Of a stretch of 64,000 nt of DNA, positions 53,586 to 64,000 are shown piece by piece; position 1 is the stretch's first letter; every line of letters begins with the position of its first letter. The notes beneath the pieces are model-generated. The model saw only the letters and a list, made by a program, of their open reading frames with translations, searched no databases and was not told the DNA's origin. Location of the stretch: assembly GCF_963921235.1 (NCBI RefSeq), contig NC_086097.1, positions 16,368,001 through 16,432,000 of the forward strand. The letters run 5' to 3'. Source of the DNA: Mobula hypostoma (taxonomy: Eukaryota). Made by a program: the position numbers and the translations under genes.

Positions 53586-54069
53586 CCTAAAATCATTCAC
53601 TGAAGTAAAAAAAACTTACTGCCTTGATTCAAATTAAAATATCTTCTAGTCCTTCTGCTCGCAGCTGTTTGTTTCAATGGCACCACTGTAACCGCTCTAA
53701 GATTAATGGCTTAGTGGGCCTGAGAACTGGGAAACTTGCACAAGTCTGTGTTGCACAATAGATTCACATATAACAGGACAAGTCTCTGGCACCAGATTTA
53801 ACCCATGCTGTAATTCTGAGCTGCAGCCAGGGTAAGTGTTTAAAAATATGCAGGTTGTCAAGCATCTTTTTGCTACATCTTACAGCAAACAACAATTAAC
53901 TCAGAGTGGATCAATCATAAGCGTGTTTATTTTACTTGCAGCAAGGGAAGATTAGCACCGCACAAGAGCCAGTAATAGTTTAAAAACAACAGCATAGTCA
54001 CTCCTTTATACACAAGTGTTAGTTACTGTACCTCAGTTCAAGGGCAGGGTGCATTCAGTACATCTACTT

Positions 54070-54292
54070 AATCAGGTGGACCTTATGAAAATGTACTTGT
54101 AGTAACAAGATGACATTTTGTTACTTCCAGTAATGCATCTGCTCGTTTGCAGTTTGTTAAGGACTCAGGTTCTGTTGGCATAATGTTGCATAAACACTTT
54201 TAGCAAAGCATTCTGGTACAATGTAGGTTCCATTTTGTTACAGACAAAAAATATCATTTTGTTAAAGTACATTTCATAAGGTCCACCTGATT
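54070..54292. mobile_element. Unclassified MITE-like element
   Basis: ~28-bp inverted repeats aatcaggtggaccttatgaaaatgtactt (54070-54098) and aagtacatttcataaggtccacctgatt (54265-54292). Confidence 0.65.
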
Positions 54293-56046
54293 CAAAGCAA
54301 ATTGAGCTCTAAAGACAATGACATCCTTGAGATACTCTTTTAAAATTCACAGGAATGGTTTCATCCTTATGACCCTGTTGGGACAGGGTGGTGAGAAGTA
54401 ATGGATGATCATCAGGGCAACAACATCTTGGAGAAAGCTAGCAATCTGATTGTCAACAAAACTGCCCAATCTCAGTGGAGAGTCACACCTATGGCTTCCT
54501 TTCCAGAGAAGAGAAAACAATTAATGTGTGGCCCATCCATAGAACCTAAACCGGCCAATTACTTGTCATCAGAGTTGGGGTTGTTTTAGAGCAACGCAGG
54601 AACAAGGCTAGATATTATGCAAATGTATCTATTGATGATGTTAGCTCAATGAAGTTTAAACCACCCCAATAAAAGTACTTACCTGGCTTAGCTCAGACTC
54701 AGGCTAAGATCCTTATCAAAAAATTCATTTATTCCCAGAAACTTGGACGAGGGTAATACACTGACTACATGTAATATTTCCAAGAATGTTGCATACGAAA
54801 AAGTATCAAAATACCCATATCTAAGAGATAAATCACATGTAACTTGCATCAGGGCGTTATCCACAAGTGCTACAGAAAGCCCTGATACAACCAACAATAA
54901 AGAGATCAGATATCTATCCACAAAAGAAGCAGGAGCAGTGACTCTTTCAACCATCAGGCAGGAGGTAGCATAGCATTAGTAAAAAGATTGTTAGGATGGG
55001 AAACAGCTTCTTCCCCAAGGCCATGAGACTATCGAATTCCCTTCCATCATGTATGAAGCGACAATAATGATATGCTGTTTACTTTTTAACTTGTGTCGTA
55101 AATACACCTTATTATTTGTTATAGTTGTGGCTCCCCATTGATCAGGCTCAACTGTGGATGGTGAGTCCCAGTTGTCTATGTGATAAGCAAGCCTGGGCCG
55201 TATGATATGGAGAGCAAGCTGTTGCCCATGTATCAAGCTCCACCTCTGCACGCAGCTGATGAACACAAAGGAACAGTAGAGACCAATGCAGTTTGGAACC
55301 AGCACGTCACAGGAATTGCTGGTCAGCATTGAACTTCATGTAGGACTGCTTTAGGGACTCTAGCTCAGGATATTGCCTCGAGGTTTAATCCCAAAGCCTT
55401 GCCTGTGAATGCGTATAGCTGCAAGGCAGCGGAGGTTTCAAATCGAAGTTTCTCTTCTCCTAGATGAGCTGACAACTATGTCTGACTAGCTCCATATTCC
55501 CAAAGCAACTGGTTTTAAGGGGACAGTAACCTGCCTTTGCCCTTCTCCCATCAAGCTGGGCTTGTTGACAGACTATTTAAGACGCTCGCTATTGAGAGCA
55601 TTTAATAGGTAGTGGGAGTGTAACCGCACTACACTGCCCCCACCCCATCGGGCTATGACAACCTTAATGAATGTTAAGTTATTTGTGATAATATTGCTTT
55701 CTGTGTTCTGTGTGAATTATACTTATTGTTTTGTGCACCTTGATACGGAGGAATGTTGTTTCGTTTGGCTGTATACATGTACATGGTTGATGACAATAAA
55801 CTTGAACTTGAAACTCAAAACCCTTGAGCCTGCTTTGCTGTTCAAGAAGATTAGTGCTGAACTGTTTCCTCAATACTTCCCTGCCCTTCAATATAAGACC
55901 ATAAGATATGGGAGCAGAATTAGGCCATTTGGCCCACTGAGTCTGCTCTGCCATTTCTTCAGGGCTGATCCATTTCCCTGTCAGGCTCAACCTCCTGCCT
56001 TCTCCCTGTATCCTTTCATCTCCTGACCAATCAAGATAAGAAATAG

Positions 56047-56236
56047 CAAACAAGAGAAAATCTGTAGATGCTGGAAATCCAAGCAACACACACAAAATGC
56101 TGGAGGAACTCAGCAGGCCTGGCAGCATCTATGGAAAAAAGTACAGTCGATGTTTCAGACTGAGACGTCAACTGTACCTTTTTTCATAGATGCTGCCTGG
56201 CCTGCTGAGTTCCTCCAGCATTTTGTGTGTGTTGCT
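56047..56236. repeat. Fold-back PLE-derived mini-element
   Basis: Inverted arms around gtcgatgtttcagactgagacgtcaac. Flanks are aagataagaaata and aagaaagaaata. Confidence 0.85.
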
Positions 56237-56276
56237 AAGAAAGAAATAATCAAGATTATTGGAAAGTTTACTAGAT

Positions 56277-56953
56277 TAGATTAGATTATGAGGACACTCA
56301 GTCCTCGTTTATTGTCATTTAGAAATGCATGCATGCACTAAGAAATGATACAATGTTCCTCCAGAGTGATATCACAAAAAGAACAGGACAAACCAAAGAC
56401 TAACACTGACAAAACGGCATAATTATAACATATAGTTACAGCAGTGCAAAGCAATACCATAATCTGATAAAGAGCAAACGATGAGCACGATAAAAAAAGT
56501 CTCAAAGTTCCGATCGACTCCTGATAGTCCCCGATAGCAGGCGGCAGAAAGGAGAAACTCTCTCTGCCATAAACCTCTAGGCATCGACAACCGTTGATGC
56601 GTTAGAAGCACCCGACCACAGCCGACTCTGAGTCCATCTGATAATTTCGAGCCTCCAACCAGCTCTCCGACACCGAGTACCGAGCACCATCTCTGCCGAG
56701 CGCTTTGACCCCGTCCCAGCCGCTGAGCAACAAGCAAAGCCGAGGACTCGGGGCCTTCCCCTCCGGAGATTCTGGATCACACAGTAGCAGCGGCAGCGAA
56801 AAAGGCATTTCAGAAGTTTCTCCAGATATTCCTCCATTCTCTCACGTCTGTCTCCATCAAATCAGTATTGTGCACGGCACCCTACTTGACAGATTACAGA
56901 TATCATTCACCGGAGTGGCCGCGCAAGCTGCGTCGCGCCGCCATCTTCTCCTC
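56277..56953 (-). mobile_element. Non-coding retroposon starting gaggagaagatggcg with a (tctaa)n tail
   Basis: Flanked by ctagat (56271-56276, 56954-56959). Its tail end recurs almost identically at ~10031-10096. Confidence 0.7.
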
Positions 56954-57086
56954 CTAGATATATAATATTCACGATATAGCTTTGTTAACTCCAATACTAC
57001 ACATTTAATAAAAAAGAATGTTTTCCACTGCACAGCCGACCCAAATTTAATAACCAACAGTTTTTGTATCTTTTTTCCACTACCAG

Positions 57087-57281
57087 TTTAACAGATGCAT
57101 CACTTCTCAACTTATCAAATGGTTCAGCAACTTCCGTGAATTTTACTACATCCAGATGGAGAAGTTTGCTCGGCAGGCTGTAAACGACGGCTTGACCGAT
57201 GCCAATGACCTAAAGGTGACGAGGGACTCTGACCTTTACCGAGCTCTCAATGGACATTACAACAAGGCCAATGACTTTCAG
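57087..57281 (+). CDS. PROX2: PROX2-like coding exon 3 (homeodomain recognition helix and start of Prospero domain)
   Basis: Not in the ORF track. A pyrimidine tract and taccag acceptor precede 195 nt encoding [65 protein letters not shown]. Donor is CAG|GTCAGT at 57282. Phase 0 at both ends. Confidence 0.95.
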
Positions 57282-58659
57282 GTCAGTCTTTTACTTTCAG
57301 CATTTTTGTCTTGATTTGAACTGTCTGGAAAATTATAACCCATAAGTAGAAATCATGTCTGATGAGGAAAGGTTGAGTGAGCCAGGGGCTTTCTCTTTGG
57401 AGTGAAGGAGGATGAGGGGTGTTTGAGATTGAGAGGCCAATCCTCAGGGCGCAGAGGACATCTGTTGAAGGTGAGTGGAAGAGATCTGAGGGGAAATGTC
57501 AGAGGCAGGTTTCTATACAGAGGTCGATTGTTACCTGGAATGCACTGCTGAGGATGCTGGCACAGACTGATATCATAGCTAAATCTACAAGACCCTCAGT
57601 TAGGCAGATGGACGGAAGAACAATGGAGGCTTACGGGCTGTGCAGGAAAGAAGGGTTAGGATATTTGTAGAGTTGGTTTAGATAGCTCGGCACAACATTG
57701 TGGGCTGAAGGGCCTGTACTGTGCTGTTCTATATTCTACCTGCTTCCCCATCACCCCATTCCACTGCCTAGTTATTCCATTACACCGTTCATTTCCTCAG
57801 TGAAGCACCCTGGAAACAGCAGTCAATGGATGAAAGATGGTAAGCAGGAAAGAACAATATCTCACATTACATTAACGTGCAAAGCACAGAGATGGGTCAC
57901 TGATCCATGCAGTGTTGGCGTTCCACATAAGCCCACCGCCCTTCATCTCAGCCCATCAACATCCAAGCCCATCTCAGGTTGTGAATGACTGACACCCATA
58001 GATGCAAATGATAAATTCAAAATAGCAAAACTAGTTCCCTTCTCTTGCCACTTTAGTAATTGCTCTTTCTATAACAGTCTTTTTTTTTAAAAAAATCATT
58101 ACAATACTGTGGAAGTTTGGTTACTGCTTCGAGCGATACTTTTGTGTATATTTTCTGACTTAAGGATGTCTGTAAATATGGAACTGCTTGATGGCCTGTA
58201 ATCTTCACGTGTTTGTCAACCTTCTCTTTGGATGCATGTATGCTGTTGGCTTCACACAAGAAAGTAGCAGGAGTTGGTCAGCTGCTCCCTAAAGCCTGTC
58301 CTGCCATACTTCCTGATCCATACTCATCCATGTCAGAACTCGTCTCCCCTGCCTTCAATCCATTGATCTTTCAACAAAGTATCTGCCTCTAATGCATCCA
58401 ACAATCTATCCTCTGGGGTCAGAATGTTCCAGAAATGCACTGCCCTCTGCAAGAAGACATTCTACATACCTTGCTATAAAAATGACCAGTCTCTTATTTT
58501 TAAGCTCCGTCAACTCGTTCAAAGTTCTCCCACGACTGAAAGCATCTCAACATCTAATCTGTCATGCTCTCTTAGAATTTTATATGCTTCAATAAGATCA
58601 CCGTTCATTCTTCTAAACTCCAAAAAATATAGACCTGACCTGTGTTTTAGACTCTCTTG

Positions 58660-59458
58660 CACACACAGAATGCTGGAGGAACTGAGCAGGTCAGGCAGCA
58701 ATTATGGAGAGGAATGAGAGTTGATGTTTTAGGCCCAGGCACTTCTTCAGGACTCGAAAGGAAGGGGAATACGCCAGAATAAAAAGGTTGGGGAAGGGGA
58801 AGGAGGGCTAGCTAAAAGGTGACAGGTGAAGCCAGGTGGATGGAAAAGATAAAGAGCTGGAGAAGAAGGAATCTGGTAGGAGAGGAGAGTGGACCAAAGG
58901 AGAAAGGGAAGAAGGAGGGGCACCAGGGGTTAGTGATGAACAGATGAGGAGAAGAGGTAAGAGGCCAGAGGGAGGAACAGAAGAAGAGAGAGGGGGAGGA
59001 AACAAAAAAATCATGGGAAGGAAAAATCGATGTTTATGCCATCAGGTGAAAAGCTACCTAGACGAAATATGAGGTGCTGCACCTCGCCCCTGAGAATGGT
59101 TTCATCATGATAGAAGAGGAGGCCATGGACAGACGTGTCGGAATGGGAATGGGAATCGGAATTAAAATGTTTGACCATTGGGAAGTTCTGCTTTTGGTGG
59201 ATGGAGTGGAAGTGCTCGACAAAGTGGTCCCTCAATTTACGTCACCAATGTCAAGGAGGCCGCATCAGGAGCACCAGATACAATAGATGACCCCAACAGA
59301 TCCGCAGGTGAAATGTTGCCTCTCCTGGAAGGACTGGCTGGGGTCCTGGATGGAGGTAAAAGAGGAAGTGAGTGGGCAGGTGTAGCATTTCTGTTGCTTG
59401 TAGGGATATGTGGCAGGAAGGAGATAAGTGGGGAGGGACAAATGGACAAGGGAATGAC
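58660..59458 (-). mobile_element. Degenerate Penelope-like element (continues at 63808-64000 after a CR1 insertion)
   Basis: Frameshifted GIY-YIG remnants (KCYTCP...FTCGSVGVIYCIWCS; DHFVEH...HLIFRLGS) and the same terminal repeat. The sequence resumes after 63808. Confidence 0.8.
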
Positions 59459-60872
59459 TAGAGTTTTGACTAACGACCAATTGGCATCTGGGATTGATTA
59501 GTAAGAGCAAATTAAAGGAAGGTGGGGTAAGCACAGTGGCCATTGACTGAGTGGACATAGTCAGAGTGGTGATCTTGAGGCTTTAGCTCTTCGAGGCTTC
59601 CACAAAGAGAGGCTTCACTCAGAGGAGGCAATGGAAAGGAAAGCTCAAGTTTTTTTGTTCTCTTTATATCTGCTCAGCTAGGAACAGTAGGGATGTCAGT
59701 CAGGGTAGTGAAATGCTTCTCTTGCAGGATGTGGGAAGGCAGGGAGACCTCCCGTGTCCCTGATGACTACAACTGGGAGAAGAGCATCCAGCTACAGCTT
59801 CTAACAAACCACATCAAGGAGTTGAAGCTGAAACTGGATGAGCACCAGATCATTCAGGAGGCTGAGGGGGTGATAGATAGGACATATAGAGAGATAGTTA
59901 CACCCAAGATGTAGGACACAGGAAACTAGGTGACAGTCAGGAAAGAGAAAGGGATTAAGGAGCCAGTGCAGAGTACCTCTGTGGCCATCCCTCTCAACAA
60001 TAGATTTATCACTTTGGATACTGTTGAGCATGGGGACAACCTAACAGAGGACGGTCACAGTGGTCAGGTGTCTGGCTCTGAGTCTGCCTCTGTGACTCAG
60101 AAGGGAAGAGAGAAGAAGAGGCATGGTGTGGTGTTAGGAGATTCATTAGTTAAGTGAATAGACAGGAGGTTCTTCGGGCGAGAACGAGCTCCCCAGATTG
60201 AGACGCCAGGATGCCAGGGTCCAGGATATCTCGGATCAAGTCCTCAGCATTCTTAAGCAGGAGGGTGAACAGCCAGAAGTGGTGGTCCATGTAGGTACCC
60301 AATGACATGTAGGATGAGTGACGAGGTTCTGCATTGGGAATTTGGGGAGATAGGTGCTGTTAAAGGGCAGGACCTCCAGGGTTGTGATCTTAGGATTGCT
60401 ACCTGTGCCATGTGCCAGTGAAGGTAGAACTAATAAGATTATACAGTTCAATGCATGGCTAAGGAGTTGCTGTAGGAGGGAGGGCATAAGATTTTTGGAT
60501 CATTGGGACCTGTACAGAAAGGACGGTCTGCTCCTGAAATGAAGGGGGACTAATATCCTAGCTTGTTTGTCAATGCTGTATGGTGGTGTTTGAACTATAG
60601 TTGCAGGGAATGGGAACCAGAGTGCCAGGACACTTAGTGGAGAGGATGTGGAGGCAGATATTGGTAAGACCTCAAACAAATTTAGGAATCAAAAGGTTCA
60701 GCATGGTGTGACTAGTGTCCTGAGCTGCCTAAATTTCAATACAGGAAGTATTGTAGGAAAGGCGGATAATAGTGCAGAAGATGAGGTAGGTGGTTTACAA
60801 ATAGGGGCAATGTGTAGTGAGGAGAGGCTGCTGATAGGGCAAAATTGCAGTCAACAGGATACATTATAATGT

Positions 60873-61439
60873 GTTGTTGTTGTTCGTCCATCGTATGTCG
60901 ATGAGGACTTCGACACCATAATGATGGTGTCGAGACTAGCGCGTGATTTGGATTTAAGTGAGGGAGAGTTGCGCAGCGTCAGCCTCACGCTCTCTTCCCA
61001 ATTCCCATCTGGATCCAGTGGCAAGACAGAGTCGAGACGGCTGGAGATGGGACTAGGCGCAGTGGATGACCAGGACATCTTCTGTGTCTTGTCCTGCTCT
61101 ACACGTTCCACAAGGTTTGCAGAGACCGCCTTCTTGACCGTTGGACCTTCCATTGGTCTCGTCCACTCAATCCGCCGGAGTCTGTCTTCACATGCTGGGA
61201 TAGACAACTCCCTATCTCACTGAGGGTTTGAGACTCGTCGGCTACCCTCACTTGGTTTAGCCGGCTTGTCGAAGCCGTTGCCCGGGGTGTGGCCGCTGTC
61301 GCATGCAAACAACTACGGGGAGCCACAGGTGAGAGCTGAGTGCCAGGTGGGGACCAAAGGTGGACTAACCGCCTTGAAAAAGATGCGACATGTTACCCCA
61401 CCAGAGGTGCTACCCCTCCCTGACACCCCATACACCCCA
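60873..61439 (-). mobile_element. Non-autonomous retroposon (probably RTE-mobilised) with a (caa)n tail
   Basis: Perfect 12-bp TSD acattataatgt (60861-60872, 61440-61451). CpG-rich, with no recognisable protein. Confidence 0.7.
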
Positions 61440-62400
61440 ACATTATAATGTAAAAGGCAGTCAAAATCAAAAAGGCTGAATACAGGACTGAAGGTGTTGT
61501 ATCTGAATGCACTAAGTATATGGAATAAGGTAGATGCACTTGCAGCACAGTTGCAGATTGGCAGGTATGATGTTGTAGGCATCACTGAATCATGGCTGAA
61601 AGATTATAGCTGGCAGCTTAATGTCTGAGGATACACTTTGTATCGAAAGAATAAGCAGGAAGGTAGAGCAGTGGCAGTGCTCTGTTGGTAAAAAATGAAA
61701 TCAAATCATTCGAAAGAGGTGACATAGGGTCAGAAGGCGTTGAATCATTGTGGATAGAGCTAAGGAACTGCAAGGGTGAAAAGACCTTGATGGGAGATGT
61801 ACACAGACCCCCTAACAGTAGTAAGGATGTGGCCTACAAATTACAGTGGGAGATAGAAAATGCACGCCAAAAGGGTAATGTTATAATAGTCATCGGGGAC
61901 TTCAATGTGCAGGTAGATTGGAAAAATCAGGTTGGTGCTAGATTACAGGAGGGGGAAATTTCCAGAGTGCCTATGAGATGGCTTTTTGGAGCAGCTCGTG
62001 GTTGAACCCACCAGAGGATCAGCTCTTCTGGATTGGGTGTTGTGTAATGAATAGGAATTAATTAGAGAGCTTAAGGTAAAAGAACACTTAGGGAAAGTGA
62101 TCATAAAATGATCAAATTTTACCTGAAATTTGAGAAGGAGAAGCTAAAGTCAGATGTATCAGTATTACAGTGGAGTAAAGGGAATTACGGAGGCATGAGA
62201 GAGGAGTTGGCCAGAATTGATCGGAAAGGAAGACTGGCAGGGATGATGGCAGAGCAGCAGTGGCCAGAATTTCTGGGAGCAATTCAGAAGGCACAGGATA
62301 TGTATATCCCAAAGAGGAAGAAGTTTTCTACAGGAAAGATGACACAACTGTGGTTAGCAAGAGAAATCAAAGCCAATGTAAAAGCAAAAGAGAGGGCATA

Positions 62401-62641
62401 GTTTTAAGGTGCTTGGAAGTAGGTACAGAGGAGATGTCAGGGGTAAGTTTTTACACAGAGAGTGGTGAGTGTGTGAAACGGGTTGCTGGCAATGCTAGTG
62501 GAAGTGGATACGATACGTACATGGAGCTTAGAAAAACAGACAGCTATGGGTAACCCTAGGTAATTTCTAAAGTAAGTACATGTTTGGCACAGCTTTGTGG
62601 GCCAAAGGGCCTGTATTGTGCTGTAGGTTTTCTATGTTTCT
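62401..62641 (+). mobile_element. Short CR1 3' end inserted in another CR1
   Basis: 15-bp TSD aaaagagagggcata (62386-62400, 62642-62656). Similar to 41400-41675. Confidence 0.85.
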
Positions 62642-64000
62642 AAAAGAGAGGGCATATAATTGGGCAAAAATTAGTGATAAGTTAGAGAATTGGGAAGCTT
62701 TTAAAAACCAACAGAAGACAACTAAAACAGTCATCAAGAAGGTAAAGATGGCAGACAAAAGTCAGTTAATCAATTATATTAAAGAGAGTATCAAAAGTTT
62801 CTTTAGAAAAGTAAAGTGTAAAAGAGAGGCAAGAGTAGAATTTGAACCGCTGGAAAATGATGCTGGAGAGGTAGTAATGGGGGACAACAAAATGGCGGAT
62901 GAACTGAATAAGTATTTTGCATCAGTCTTCACCACGTAAGACACAAGCAGTATGTTGAAAGTGACAGGTGTCGGGGGCATGAAGTGTGTGAAGTTACCAT
63001 TACTGGAGAGAAGGTTCTTGGGAAACTGAAAGGTCTGAAGGTAGATAAGTCATCTGGACCAGATGGTATACACCTTTGAGTTCTGAAAGAGGTGGCTGAA
63101 GAGATTGTTGAGGCATTAGTAATGATCTTTCAAGAATCACTAGATTCTGGAATGGCTCAGGAAGAATAGAAAATTGCAAACATCACTTCACTTAAGAAAG
63201 GAGAGAGGCAGAAGAAAGGAAACTGTAGGCCAGTTAGTCTGACCTCAGTGGTTGGGAAGATGTTGGAGTTGATTATTAAGGATGAGGTCTCAGGGTACCT
63301 GGAAGCACATAAAATAGGCCATAGTCAGCATGGGTTCCTCAAGGGAAAATCTTGCCTGACAAATCTGTTGGAAATTTTTGAAGAAATAACAAGCAGGGTA
63401 GACAAAGGAGATTTGGTTGATGTTGTGTGCTTGGATTTTCAGAAGGCCTTTGACAAGGTGCCACACATGAGGCTGCTTAACAGGCTACGAGCCCATGGTA
63501 TTACAGGAAAGATTCTAGCATGGATGAAGTAGCAGCTGATTGGCAGTAGGAAAAGAGTGGGAATGAAGGGAGCCTTTTCCTGCTCTCTGCTGGTGACTAT
63601 TGCTGTTCCACAGGGGTCTGTGTTGGTTCTGATTCTTTTTACGTTATATGTCAATGATTTGGATAACAGAATTGATGGCTGTTTGCAAAGTTTACAGATG
63701 ATATGAAGATAGATTGAGGAACAAGTAGCTTTGGATCAGCCATGATGAAATGGCAAAGCAGACTCGATGGGCCAAATGGCCTAATTTTGCTCCTAGTGTA
63801 TGGTCTTGGGGAATCATGGGAGGAGTGATCCCTGCAGAACACGGAAAATGGGAGGAGGGTAAAGATGTGCTTGGTGGTAGGATCCTGTTGAAGATGGTGA
63901 GGCTGTAGAGAATGATGTGCTGGATATGGAGGCTCATGGGTGGTAGGTAAGGGCAAGAGGAACACCATCACTTTTAAGGTGGCGGGAAGATGATGTGAGT

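Larger units (their letters stand above)
59459..63807 (+). mobile_element. Degenerate CR1 LINE inserted into a PLE and carrying two further insertions
   Basis: ORF1 (KCFSCRMW; VVLGDSLV; VVILGLLPVP), APE and RT fragments (QHGFLKGKSCLTNLL, DFQKAFDKVPH), then a jump to the 3' tail near 63725. Flanks are gggaatgac and gggaatcat. Confidence 0.88.

Noticed and set aside
57282..64000. Final PROX exon (VP.RFLEV...)
   Set aside because: No matching sequence seen. The region is CR1 and PLE repeats, so the exon presumably lies beyond the window.

Overview
Eukaryotic, repeat-rich DNA. The repeat families (HE1-like V-SINEs, CR1 LINEs with esterase ORF1, Penelope-like elements) suggest a cartilaginous fish, but this is inference. 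The only host gene supported is a + strand prospero-homeobox gene, most like PROX2. It has three coding exons here (~17308-18924, 33141/33147-33248, 57087-57281), and the last Prospero-domain exon is not in the window. The first coding intron is a ~14.2 kb minor-spliceosome (U12) intron whose 3' end is ambiguous: either a non-canonical TG or a downstream AG. Most remaining sequence is nested transposable elements: CR1, RTE, Rex1/Babar, Penelope-like (PLE), Tc1/mariner, hAT, solo LTRs and several SINEs. Most notable are minimal hammerhead ribozyme motifs in the PLE terminal repeats and a recurrent ~150-220 bp fold-back mini-element. Four of its five copies have target-site duplications, and its inversion points sit at or near the predicted ribozyme cleavage site. 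Family names come from remembered motifs, not database searches, and repeat boundaries are approximate unless a TSD is quoted.
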